In this document: piece after piece, positions 11,413-23,374 of the stretch
Layout of the letters: each line of letters starts with the position of its first letter
How positions within the stretch are numbered: position 1 is the first letter of the stretch
Notes under the pieces: model-generated
What the model was told of the DNA's origin: nothing
Database searches by the model: none
Seen by the model: the letters and a program-made list of their open reading frames with translations, nothing else
Assembly: GCA_977018835.1 (NCBI GenBank)
Contig: OZ361259.1
Span: 1,798,001 to 1,862,000 of the forward strand
DNA length: 64,000 nt
Direction of reading: 5' to 3'
From: Minutocellus sp. GHC0000111
Taxonomy: Eukaryota
Program-made: the position numbers and the translations under genes

Positions 11413-12183
11413 ATGTCCTCGTCAAGTCCGGAGGAAGTGATACTCCATATTTACGAGCTCCACGCCGACAATCGAACGCCCAGCGCAAGTTCCAGCGGAG
11501 GAGATGCAACCGCCACATCCGCCCAGGCGACACCAGCGCAACGCCTCCTGCCCTTTCTCCGTACCATCGGCCTCGGGACCTATCACACCTCTCTCGAAAT
11601 ACGATCGAAATGCTATTCGTTCGCCGCCGGCGTTGGAATTGCTCAGAGCAACTCACCGACTTCGGGCCGCCGCGAACAATACGCACCGACCAATGCCCGC
11701 TACCAGGAAAGCATCGCATTGGGCACCACGACATTGTCTCAGGGCAAGATCAACGAGATTGTCAACAAGTTGCGCGATACGACCTTTACCAGCTCGAGCT
11801 ATCATCTGATGAATCGCAATTGCAATCACTTTACAACGACGCTGGCAATGGCATTGCTGCATTACGACCAGCTGACCGATCCGGGGTACCATCCTTCGTT
11901 GCAAAAATATCCTGGATGGGTCAACCGATTGGCGCGGACGGGCACTGGGTTGGGATGCTTGAACGGTGAGGGCGTGGATGTGATTTGTGATCCGGAACGT
12001 GAGGCTCAGGTGGCGGTTGGAGCCGAGGAGAGAGTTGGGTGGGATCTGAGCAAGAACGGCGGTGGCAATGCCAAGTCTGCGACGGACTCCAAGAAGGCAA
12101 GCGCAGGAGGAAACAGCGGCAAGAAGGAGGAGCTGACGGAGGAACAGAAGAAGATACTGACCAAGCTCAAGAAGAAGGGGTAG
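11413..12183 (+). CDS. PPPDE/DeSI family peptidase (deSUMOylating/deubiquitinating isopeptidase)
   Basis: V.LHIYEL, GTYHTSLEI (catalytic His), YHLMNRNCNHFT (catalytic Cys), PGWVNRLA. Confidence 0.9.
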   Translation: MSSSSPEEVILHIYELHADNRTPSASSSGGDATATSAQATPAQRLLPFLRTIGLGTYHTSLEIRSKCYSFAAGVGIAQSNSPTSGRREQYAPTNARYQESIALGTTTLSQGKINEIVNKLRDTTFTSSSYHLMNRNCNHFTTTLAMALLHYDQLTDPGYHPSLQKYPGWVNRLARTGTGLGCLNGEGVDVICDPEREAQVAVGAEERVGWDLSKNGGGNAKSATDSKKASAGGNSGKKEELTEEQKKILTKLKKKG

Positions 12184-12414
12184 ACTGATGTATGAAAATA
12201 TCTGGGGAAACTTTTAGTTTTAGTATTTACAATTATATTTTGAAGCCAAATATTTAGTCAAATGCATGCCTTTGATAATATAGCTTCAACAATGTGACCA
12301 TGTACTCCACAGCACATTCCCGCAGCTAATTTATGATAATCTTTTTGTTTTGTCCAGCTTGCTCGAAAGAGTCGGACCAGAACATATACATCATGATTGT
12401 GAAGTTTCTCTGTT

Positions 12415-13122
12415 TTAGAAACCACCCGCGGGAGGTCGGCCAGCCCCAGGCTTCTTCGCCCCACCCTTGGCGGGTGCCTTGCTGCCGTCCTCTCCCCGAA
12501 CGGCCTCGCGATATTTAGCCAGGTAAACTTTTAGCGGTTCAACGTACTTGTCAAATCCCAGCGTGCTCATGGCCCATAGCAGATCGTCCCCATTGATTGT
12601 CTTGCGCTTCTCTTGCATGCACTTGTCCGATGCCTCGGAGGTGATGAAGGAGATGAATTCCGACACACACTCCTGGACCGTTTCCTTGGAATCCTTGGCT
12701 ATCTTGGCATTTTCGGGGAGCGTGTTCTTCATTATTCTAGCGATGTTGGCAATCGGCAGATATCGGTCCTGGGTTGTGCGCGGAATGAATGGGAAGTGGT
12801 TTGTGCGGCATGTCAGCGACCATGAATGATATTGCATAAATGGAACGAATACGCTGTGCGTTCAATAAATGGAATAAATGGCGATGAATGGCCCCAAGCA
12901 TAAGAAAGATAAAGCCAAAACTCTCAATAGCCGTGAACCATGAGACGAGGCAAATTCTCATTCACCGTCGTGCCAAGGGCCAGAGCACACCCAACCCGCG
13001 CGTGAAGTGAATGGACAAGAAAGGCTCCTCACCTGCTCACGAATTTCCTCATACTCCTCCCCGGGAGCCGGGGGGGTCTTCTCGAAGGCCATCGGCTGTA
13101 TTCCTCCTGGTTGCTCCGACAT
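12415..13122 (-). CDS. NFYB: Nuclear transcription factor Y subunit B (CBF-A/HAP3); exons 13122-13033 and 12768-12415
   Basis: [18 protein letters not shown]...[44 protein letters not shown] histone-fold signature; in-frame GT-AG intron. Confidence 0.95.
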
Positions 13123-13475
13123 GGTTCGGTTTTCTTGTTCTCGATAGCGCAGGTGGTGCCTTTTTGGATACGAAATTCTCAAGGGGCGGGGAGCGAGCGG
13201 GCGGCGGTGGGCGGGCGCCACCAACAACAAAGCGCCACGTGTAAGCAGCTGAGGGAATTGAGTGAAGGATCGACGGAAAGACATAAAAGTAGTCAAGCAC
13301 TAAAAGACAAATTGTGCCACTAGATCGATGCGTGCGTGTCGCATGTGTTTCGAAGTTCAACTTGGCAGCAAAAGAAGCCCATCACGTGTTGCGCCTGATC
13401 CATCGCCGACGAAAGAAGTTCATTTGAAGCAATCGATCCACAGATCATTGTTGCAAACATAACATACTTGTAAAT

Positions 13476-14941
13476 ATGAAGCTCTCTTCTGCCGCCTGCC
13501 TTCTGGCCCTGGCCACCGGTGCCAGTGCCTTTGCCCCCCAGCCCCTCGCCGCTGCTCGCACTTCCAGTGGCCTTCCCATGGCCGCCACCGCCGAGGATAC
13601 CGAGACTAAATCGTCCTCCAGTGGAGCCACCAAGGATCCTCTCCTCATCCGCGCCGCCCGTGGCGAGACCACCGAGCGCACCCCCGTCTGGATGATGCGC
13701 CAGGCCGGCCGTCACATGCAGTGCTACCGCGATCTGTGCAAGAAGTATCCCACCTTCCGTCAGAGCAGTGAAATTCCCGAGGTGGCCGTCGAGGTTTCGT
13801 TGCAGCCCTGGAGGGCGTACAGCACCGACGGATGCATTCTGTTCAGTGACATTCTGACGCCGCTGCCGGGTATGGGAGTGGAATTCGACATTGGCGAGAA
13901 GGTCGGTCCTGTCGTCGAGCCCATGAGGACTTGGGATGACGTCAAGAAGGTACGTGGAAGATTGTTGTATTTGCAACTGAATTAGACGTTGCAGATGGGG
14001 AAATAGAAAAGAAGAATCAGACTTGTTCATTCCATGACGATGCGTATCTAGGCCCATGATGTTCCAGTGGGCAGAATTGTATTTGGTATATTTATCTGCA
14101 TCGTATCTGTCACATCAATGATCTTCATATCTTCTCTCTAACCATTTGTTTCAACCATTTTTCTACAATTCTACAAATTCCGTAACAATAGATGCACCTC
14201 ATCGATCCATCGACTGCTGCACCCTTCGTCGAGGAGTCTCTCCGCACTCTGCGCCAGGAGCTTCCCGATGAGACCGCCCTCCTCGGATTCGTCGGATGTC
14301 CATACACTCTCGCCACGTACCTCGTCGAGGGCAAGACCTCCAAGGAATATCTCGAAATCAAGAAGATGGCCTTCACGGAACCCGATCTCCTCCATGCCAT
14401 CCTCAAGAACTTGGCCGACTCGATTGCCGAATACGCTCTGTTCCAGATCGAGGCCGGAGCTCAGCTGATCCAGATCTTCGATTCCTGGGCCGGCCATCTC
14501 AGCGCGCGCGATTACGATACGTTCGCTGCTCCGTACCAAAAGATGATCCTGGACAAGATCAAGGAGAAGCATCCCGAGGTGCCAACCGTTGTTTACATCA
14601 AGCATTCGGGTGCTCTTATTGAGAGAATGGCGGGAACCGGCGTCGACGTTGTGTCGTTGGATTGGACCGTGGACATGGCCGAAGGACGGGAGCGCAACGC
14701 CGCCGGCCGTGCCAAGGCTGGACTCGAGGGACCGGGTGGTGTGCAGGGCAACTTGGACCCTGGTATTTTGTTCGGCAGTCAGGAAACCATCAAGGAGCGG
14801 GCGGAGGAGATCCTCAAGAAGGCTGGGCCCACCGGTCACGGTATGAACCTTGGACATGGCATCGAGGCTGCCACCAGCGAGGAGAATGCCAACTTCTTCA
14901 TCCAGACGGTGCGGAATTACAGGCACGAGGGGCAGGAGTAA
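13476..14941 (+). CDS. hemE: Plastid-targeted uroporphyrinogen decarboxylase; exons 13476-13949 and 14192-14941
   Basis: [35 protein letters not shown]-terminal signal peptide plus ASA-FAP motif. Confidence 0.97.
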
Positions 14942-15136
14942 AATGAATGTATGCGATGAAATTAGAGTACAAAGAAAAGATCTTTGCATAATTCTAACTA
15001 AATCGGGTTTGTAAAGCTAAAATATTCATGGGCCCTTTTCCAGTGCACTGCATTGAATTGTTTTGAATTTCGTTGACTGCATTTATATGTTGTTCGGCCA
15101 ATCTTTCTGCTCGAAAAGCATATTTATGTATATATT

Positions 15137-15730
15137 TTACTTGCAATCCAGAACCAGTTTCCATGAAATATACGACCCCTCGCCCTGTGGCCAATCGTCG
15201 GTGACCCCCACAAGTTCATACCTGCCAGTCATGCCTTGATACTTTCCCAACCCACCTACAATGGCTCGGCTCACTCCGTTGCAACTGGACTGATCCATAA
15301 TTTGGCCCTTGATCTTGGTGAAGTCTGAATTGTAATGACTAAATACTCCAGTACCGATGCACTCCGGAAATGGTTCAAAGTCGCCACTTGGTAAATACTG
15401 GAAGTTTTCGGCAATGTAACCAATAATCTTTCCTGCCCTGTCCGGTGCGTCGTCGTCGCGAGAGTAAATGGGCAGATTGGCTCGGTAGTAGTCGCCATTG
15501 CCAAAGCCGCCAAAGAAGCCGAAGTCTTGTTCTTTCTCCGGATTAGCCCGCACATCGGGAAACGAGGCGTAAAGTGGATTGATAATGTCCTCGCCCCGGA
15601 CGACAATGGTTTTGCTCCAACTGCTGCAGCTGCCGTCCTCGTTGTCGCTTTCTTCGGTACATGTAGCAGTTCCGATGACAACCAAGAAAGTTGTCAGAAC
15701 GATATAGGTTGTGATCAATCGGGTGAGCAT
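15137..15730 (-). CDS. Small secreted protein with a dirigent/allene-oxide-cyclase-like barrel motif
   Basis: ATG at 15730 gives a hydrophobic signal peptide. C-terminal RAIVGGLGKYQGMTG resembles the AIVGGTG.F.G..G motif of dirigent/AOC-like barrels. Confidence 0.55.
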   Translation of the reverse strand: MLTRLITTYIVLTTFLVVIGTATCTEESDNEDGSCSSWSKTIVVRGEDIINPLYASFPDVRANPEKEQDFGFFGGFGNGDYYRANLPIYSRDDDAPDRAGKIIGYIAENFQYLPSGDFEPFPECIGTGVFSHYNSDFTKIKGQIMDQSSCNGVSRAIVGGLGKYQGMTGRYELVGVTDDWPQGEGSYISWKLVLDCK

Positions 15731-16466
15731 GGTTTTGCGGGAAGAAGAGGAGGTTCTGTTATTTTCAATTCGAAAGAGCGCTTTGATTCTGACTTCAATC
15801 TTTGTGGATGTGGCCAGAGAGTCGGATAATGCCAAAGGAGAGAAGGTCGAAAAGCTCGCAATACTAGTTTTATAGAAATTCTCTAATCGAGAAAGAAAGA
15901 TTTTCAACACGAGAAATCCAGCCAAGCCATGCAATCGCAACGGCACATCATGGCGTGCATTTTTGTGTTTGCCGGCGCCGCTGCTTCTCGCACATTGCTT
16001 TTTGTGTTATTGGCGTCTTGCTTCCAGAAGCATTTACACAAGGCCAACACTGTGTTATCCGTCGTGTTGCTCGGTATTTTCATCTGTCGGCATTGCCAAA
16101 CGTACAGGACGAGGGAGAATCAGTGGAATTCTCACGCGCGACCCAACGCAAGTGAGAAGCATAATTGACCAAGGTTGGAGACGAGTTGAACGAAAGGGAG
16201 GGGATTACGCTTGACGCAATTCTACATTGTGTTGAGAAAACGGAACGCGCGAAAAGACGAGTTACTCAGCGGGCAATATCCGTAGCCGCGGCGGCGGAGG
16301 CGAGAGCGGTGCCTCATTAACGGCCGGCACTTATTCGTCGTCCACACGAGTCGGCGGTGGAACCTACCAAGACACCACATCGGCCGTACCTCCTCCGCCG
16401 CCGCCACTGCCCGAAAGTCATACTTCTGGAAGTATATCTGGCCCAGCATCCAACACCAGCGTAGGC

Positions 16467-17471
16467 ATGGATCCGCAGGCTACCGCCGAATTCGACCGTC
16501 TCCGGAGGGAGGCGACCAAGCTCGAACGCCATCTCGAAGAGAGGGTCGGACGATACCAGCAGGTATGTGATTTGTTTGCTTTATGAGGAATGTTTGGTGC
16601 GCATTTGTTCATAGCAATCACATATACATAAATGGATTGGATATGAAGAAATCTTGAGGAACCAGGAGAATCCATGTCTCATTCGATTCTGCTTCCGGCA
16701 TGCATCTCACGCATATTTTTTTTTTTTATCGCACCTCTCTCAACGCCCTACCAGCTGGCCCAATCCCTGACCACTGGAGATGATTCCCCGTTTGGCGGAC
16801 CGTCGTCGCACTCGGGACATTCCTCCCTGTATGCCGCCGAGGCCGGCATGGCCCGGCACTCCTCCTCGGCCGCCTCGTCCAAATCCAACCAAGCCAACAC
16901 CGAAGCCCTCAACGAGGAGGAGGCCGCCCTCGCCGCCGACATCAACCGGACCATCTCCAGCATGACCGACCTCATCGAGCGTCGGATGAAGCCCTGTGCG
17001 GAACGGACGGGCAAGAGCCAGCACACGCTGCTGGTGAAGCGCTACCGGGAGATACTGTTCGATTGTTCCGCCGACTTTAAGAAGACCAGCGCGGCGGTCG
17101 CCCGCAAGAGGGAGCAGGCCGAGCTGTTCCGCGGTGCCAATACCGGCGGTGGGATGGGTGGGAATGGTGGCGGTGGCGACGGACACGACGAGGGGATGGA
17201 CCATCTGCTGAGGGAGCGCAACGCCATTGGCAACTCGATGAAGGCGGCCGATGCCGTTTTGGGCCAGGCCGCGGAAGTGCAGTCCGAGCTGCGATCGCAG
17301 GGTGCCAGCCTCCGCGGCATTCAGGGCACCATGCTGGCCATTGCAGGCAACGTGCCTGGATTGAATGTGCTGATTGACAAAATCCGAAAGAAGCGGAATC
17401 AGGATGATATGATTGTCAGTGGTGTGATTGCCTTTTGCATTCTGTTTACGTTGTGGTATGTGCTTGGGTAG
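16467..17471 (+). CDS. GOS1: Golgi SNARE GOS1/GOSR1; exons 16467-16562 and 16755-17471
   Basis: FDRLRREATKLERHLEERVGRYQQ|LAQ, LVKRYREILFD...DF, HLLRERNAI.NS, C-terminal TM ending WYVLG. Confidence 0.88.
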
Positions 17472-17901
17472 ATCTAGATCTAATTGGATGATGATCGATG
17501 ATGATGACATGATCGAAAGAGCAATCAATCAATGAAGGAGAATTGAATGGAGATACGATACGGGTAGACTCTAAATGAAAGGTCATCCAGAACCTCCTGC
17601 GTGACGTGAAGCATTTGCTTGTGTATAGATCAAAGTACAAATATTATCGTTAGAAAAGGAGGAATGAATACAAGCAACCTGTTGTATGGGGTGGCTCCTC
17701 CTCTCCCTCCAGCTTCGCATTCGCCCTTTTTGACGTCATTTCACATGGATTGAATCGAGCGAGTCAATTCTGCGCCAAGAGCCAACCATGCATGATGGAA
17801 AACCGGCACATCTCGTGCTACCGCTCGCTGGTCGTTCGTGCGCCGGAGATACCGCCGAGCCTAGCTAGCTACCACCAGCAGCACAGCCAGATAGACAAGA
17901 T

Positions 17902-20900
17902 ATGGCCGACGACGCGGCAGCCGCGGCCGAGGCAGCCGCCAAGGCCGAGCGGAAGCGCAAACGCCTCGAGGCGTGGAGGAGGAAGCAGGCGGCCCAGCAG
18001 CAGGCGGCTGCCACTGCTGGCGACCCTAATTGCGCATTTGGGATTGCTTGCTTGCTTGCTTGCCGATTATATATTACACGCCACGCCAAACTATCTGAGT
18101 TGACAAGTCAAAGTGCTCCCCAGTCGACATTCCTTTCTTATGTTGCTGTGTGCGATTGTACTTTGTCATGTCCTGTATATGATTGACTAATGGCCCTGCC
18201 TTGCTCACCCAACATGTACTGGTACACTTATTCTCACCATATATCATTCCCTAACTTTTCCACTCACAGGCCGAAACCGACAACGAGGAAGAGGAGAAGG
18301 CCCGCCGGGCCTTTCTCGAGGCGCTCAAGAAGTCGGCGCCGATCTCCACCGACGCTGCGGCAGCTGATGCCGAGCACAATAACAAGCCGCAGATCAAATC
18401 CGAGGTCCTGTCCGAGAAGCACCGTCGGGAGGAGCACATCCGTCAGCTGGAGGCCGAGGCCAACGCCGCCCGCCGACGGGCGCAGGAGCAGGAGGAATTC
18501 GGTCGGATGTACAACGATGCCGAGGATGGGGTCATGGAGGAGGCCGAGCGGACCCTGGATGTGCTGACGGCCGCGCCCGATGCGCTCGAGGTGTTGGCCG
18601 AACTCAACAAGAAGAAGGAGCTCAAGGCCGTGGATCACACCAAGATCGAGTATCTGTCCATCCGGAAGACTTTGTTCGTCGTGCCACGGAGTTTGGCCAA
18701 CCTATCGGACAGTGCCGTGGAAGAACGGCGGGCCGAGATGCACATCCGCGTCCGTGGGCGGGGTGCACCGGCGCCGGTCACGACGTTTCGGGAATGTGGC
18801 CTGTCGGGACGGATATTGGCCGTGCTGGAATCGCAAAGCATTGACAAGCCCTTCCCCGTTCAGGCCCAGTGCATGCCGTGCATCATGGCAGGGAGGGATG
18901 TGATCGGCATTGCCAAGACGGGCAGTGGCAAAACTCTTGCGTACCTGCTACCGATGCTCCGCCACATCATGGACCAGCCACCGCTGCAACCTGGAGAGTC
19001 GGGACCGATTGGACTTTGCCTTGCTCCGGCGAGAGAGTTGGCATTTCAGATTCACAACGTCTGCAAAGTCTTTGCGAAGAATCTTGGTCTCAAGTGAGTT
19101 TATCTACTTGCTTTGTGATGCTTGCTTTCTGTTTTACCTAGTGCCTTGGCTTGTATCTGCTATACATCTTTTGTGCAAGCGAGCCATCTCAATACATGTG
19201 CCCAAACACACACTGCTTGCGCCAAATCACGCTGCATGGTAGCAATCAACCGTGCCGATATAGTATAGTATCGGTTCCGGCTGAGTTTTGATGCCTCATT
19301 CCTGCCGAGCTTTGTATTGTCGCGTTTTTGCCTCGTCTGAATGAAATGCATGCTAACCGTTTCATCACAATTGGTTTCCTTTTCTTTTACCTTTTTCAGA
19401 TCTACCGCAGTCTACGGCGGCGCGGGCGTAGCCGAGCAGATTGGCGACCTCAAGCGCGGCACGCACATTGTCGTTGCCACGCCCGGCCGTATGATTGACA
19501 TCCTTACCATGCAATCTGGCAAAATTCTCTCCCTCCAGCGAGTCTCGTGTGTGGTCATGGACGAGGCCGATCGTTTGTTTGATATGGGCTTCGGACCACA
19601 GATATCGGCCATCCTCTCAGCCATCCGGCCGGATCGCCAAACGGTCCTATTCTCGGCCACGTTCCCCAAGTCGGTGGAAACTTTGGCACGCAAATCGCTG
19701 AAACATCCAATCGAGGTGCTGATCGGCGGACGGTCTGTTGCTTCCGATACCATCACCCAGCATGGCGAGGTCATCGAAGAGGAGGATAAGTTTCTCCGAC
19801 TGCTTCAGATTCTTGGAGAGCACGTCACCGATGAGGAGAAAGTCATTGTCTTCGTTGATACTCAAGTCAGAGCGGACAATCTCTTCGAACAGCTGATTCG
19901 GTGTGGATATTCCTCACTGTCGCTGCACGGTGGAAAGGAACAAGAGGATCGGGACTCTACAATATCTGACTTCAAGGATCCAGCTGGCCCAAACATTCTG
20001 GTTGCTACATCCGTGGCTGGTCGTGGCCTTGACGTTCCCTCCTGTCGCTGTGTCGTGAACTACTCGGCGCCGAATCATCTCGAAGACTATGTCCATCGAG
20101 TTGGCCGGACAGGCCGCGCCGGTACCAAGGGCGAGGCCTACACATTCGTGAATTCGGTTGACGAAGCCAAATTTGCTCCGAGCGTCGTCCGTGCCATGGT
20201 CGAGGCTGGTCAGTCCAAGAACATATCCCAAGAACTCCGAGACTTATCGGAAGCCTTCAAGGAGAAGGTCAAGAAGGGCGAGGCCAAGCGCGCAGGATCC
20301 GGCTTCAAGGGCAAGGGCTACACATATGATTCATCTGAGTTGAGCGAGGCGCAGAAGCTTGCTCGGTTGGAGAAGCGCCAGGCACTCATCGAGGCCGGCA
20401 TGATAGATGAAGATGATGAAGCTGGCGGAATGGACGTCAATGCAGACGAAGATGGCGCTCTCGAGGGCGACGACACCAAGGCATCCGCCACTTCAGCAGC
20501 GAAGGACCAAGCACTTCAGGCCACCAAGCTCTCCGCGGAACTTCTTGCTCTTCCCGGCATGCACGACATGGTCATGAAGAAGGCCGGTTTCGCTGATGGC
20601 GGAACCGCTAGTGGCGAGCCAGATTCTGCAAGCGGCATCAAGAAGACCTCCGATAATCACTTTGTTGCTGAGATTGAGATCAACGATTATCCTCAACCAG
20701 CGCGTTGGAAGGTGACGCAGAAAGAAACCACATCACGACTTCAGGATGACTTCCAAACTGCCGTGACGCTCAAGGGCCAGTACTTCGGACCGAACCGCGA
20801 CCCTCCCGCCGAGGGCGAGCGGAAGCTCTATCTCCATCTGGAAGCAGTGAGCGAGCATATTTTGAAGAATGGCATGCACGAGATTCGCCGTCTTCTCAAT

Positions 20901-20972
20901 GAAGAGACATTGCGAGTGGGTGCCAAAGGCATGGGTGGAGGTTTGTCTGGTCACAAGTACAGTGTGCTTTAG
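17902..20972 (+). CDS. PRP5: DEAD-box RNA helicase PRP5/DDX46; exons 17902-~18020 (donor unclear), 18270-19093, 19400-20972
   Basis: ERKRKRLEAWR N-terminus, AKTGSGKT, DEAD, SAT, HRVGRTGRAG, and a C-terminal EIEINDYPQ.ARWKVT KH-like region typical of Prp5. Confidence 0.9.
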
Positions 20973-21149
20973 GGACGACAAACGCATAAATAATAGAAAT
21001 ATGATTGATGAATGCATGTGCTTTTTATCATTCTATAGTCGCTGTTGTTCTCTAAATCAAAAATGTTAAAATGTTGGTTTCTTTGTACATCTCAGGCAAT
21101 TGTATCGTACAGGCTGCGTGTGAAGATGAACTTGCACACTGTAAACAGG

Positions 21150-22099
21150 TCAGCAGACGGAACCGCTTGTATTTCTGTGGTAACCAGAGCCGGATGATCC
21201 ACCAATGGCCTCTAAATTGCTAACGTAAAGAGAGCCAGCTGGCAATGATCTTCTTTTGCCGCGTTCGTTCCGTAGCATGTTTGAATTGGTGGACATCGGT
21301 TCTTGCATCAGTGGCATAGATTTTGATCTGCCGTATTGGTTTCTCGTATGGATCGGAATGCTGGTATCAGTTCGCATGCCTGATGTTGTTTCTGACTGTC
21401 TCATGTACCAAAGGATGGTGGACATATCTTCTTGGCCAAGTTCTCTGGCCCTTTCACGGCTGGCTAGGCTACGTTCTGCACTAACCTTGGCAAGCATGTG
21501 AGCTTTTACTTCTAACGAAGATTCGAAGAATAGTTCTTGAGTTTCCAGAACCTCATGAATGCAGCGCTGCTGATTCAGATACAGAGCTAAACGGGTCTTC
21601 TTGGATATAAAGGCCTCTAGACCACGAAGGCTGATCGATGCATACAGCTTGCGCATTTCGGAGCTACTCTCAAGGATTTCCGGATGCTTCTTCAGGTGTT
21701 TCATCACCTTCACGTCCTCCTTGGCCTTTATTTTGACGTCGGCACGCTCCTCAGAAGACAACCATGCGGTTTGGTTGTATTTCTCATCGCGGTATTCGAT
21801 GATAGTAGTACTGACTTGTTTGCAAAAGGCAACTTTCTTTTTCTTTGTGGAAATACTTGAATCGGAAGATGAAGATAAGGAAGATGTCTTGAGCGAAGAT
21901 CGGCGACGTGTTGGAGGCGCATGGATGGGCTTGGTAGAATGTGAGGAGCTTGCTGCTCTCCTTGTTTAATTTGAGGTAGATTTCAATCGCTTCACGTGTT
22001 CGTCAAGACTGCATCGTCGGAAAGCAGCTATTTGGGCATCGTCTTTGTAGCCGAGGTCATCTTTGTTGCTTGATTTGCCATTCCGGTTGAGGTCGACCA
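21150..22099 (-). pseudogene. Uncharacterised diatom-type family, copy 1, with an in-frame TAA at 21966-21968
   Basis: MVDLN...FRRCSL...TSN*TRR...RRSSLK...KVAF...IIEYRDE.Y...AWLS.EER...RGLE is one reading frame apart from the stop. Homologous to 23375 and 25097. Confidence 0.7.
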
Positions 22100-22531
22100 T
22101 CTCTTTCTCAGTGCAATAATAGGGGAACAGGGGGGCCGGTTGTGACTGACGCACATCTGCCTGCCACGTGTCTGACTTACCTACTACGTAGTAGGTACTC
22201 AACCTATTACCGGAATTTGTCCCAGTGAAAATAAACTTGCCACTCTTTCAACTCGTGATCCTTAACTACTACATGTATATGTCTACATGTAGTACATGTA
22301 CCTAGGTACATATACATGTACAGATTCTCGGCTCGTCATTCGAGTCGAGAATATGGTTACATGTACTAGATCTACCGGCACATGCATGTACCGGTACGAG
22401 CTGTTTAGAGGTTTCAGAAGTGGACCTGAACGGCGCTCTGATAGTCTGTATTTGCTGAACTGTTGGCTTTGCTGTTTCTACTTTCTTCACTTCATCGCCT
22501 GATTATCTCGATCTTACATGTACATTATGTA

Positions 22532-22725
22532 CAGTCCGTCCCCGAAAACAGTCAAGCATGTCCATTCTGGAGCTGAGGTCTCAATATGCTTATTTTGGAA
22601 TACACATGTAAGGCATTTAACACGAATGAGATGCCAATTGCTTCTTAGAATAAGCAATAATGTAGGCCCAAAATCTGAGGTCTCAAACACGCATATTGAA
22701 TATGCTTATTTTCGGGGACGGACTG
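22532..22725. mobile_element. MITE family B, copy 1 (~194 bp, CAGT-ended, Tc1/pogo-like)
   Basis: TIR CAGTCCGTCCCCGAAAA ... TTTTCGGGGACGGACTG; TA on the left, CA on the right. Confidence 0.75.
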
Positions 22726-22786
22726 CACAGTCTAAACGTCTACATGTAGCATGTAGAAAATTGTCGTGCATGTAGATCTAGATCTA

Positions 22787-22986
22787 CAGTCCTTCTCGGC
22801 CTGACAATAAGCACGTTTGGCGCTGTGCTTGAGGGAGACCTCAGATTCTGGGCACATTGATGTATTTTAAGAAGCAATCGGTGGTAGTACTGGTACCCAA
22901 TTTGTGCGGAATTCCTTGCATGTATTGCAAAATAAGCAGATTGAGACTCACCTTCAATAGATGTGCTTATTTTCGGGGACAGACTG
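22787..22986. mobile_element. MITE family B, copy 2 (diverged, inverted relative to copy 1)
   Basis: Ends TA-CAGTCC... and GCTTATTTTCGGGGACAGACTG. The interior (GAGACCTCAGATT.TGGGC...AAGAAGCAAT...AAAATAAGCA.ATTGAGAC) matches the reverse complement of copy 1. Confidence 0.65.
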
Positions 22987-23374
22987 CATGTCTCAGTCAA
23001 CTTCACAACGACGCTTGCTTCGAGGGACACGGATTATTCTCAACCTGTCCTTCTTTGAATTGAGGGCATAGAAGTGGCCCGGAAGAATGCCCTCAATGCA
23101 TTTGTGACTAATACCGGTAGATCATGCATATCTACGTCCTTGAATCTGGCAGTTTGATAACGTTTCTGTCAAATCTTTGGTGTGGATCTATATTCGGGAT
23201 GAAGAACACACATGTTTTAATATATAATAATATATTGATGAAGTCAAGGCAGAACATCATAATAATGTTGTGCTCTATATACAATTTAAAGTCTGACTGC
23301 AGCATGCGCATACGTAGCGATAATGGTGTTTTTTTATGCCAGATTTTCTCATCTCATGATGTCCCATTCAAACA

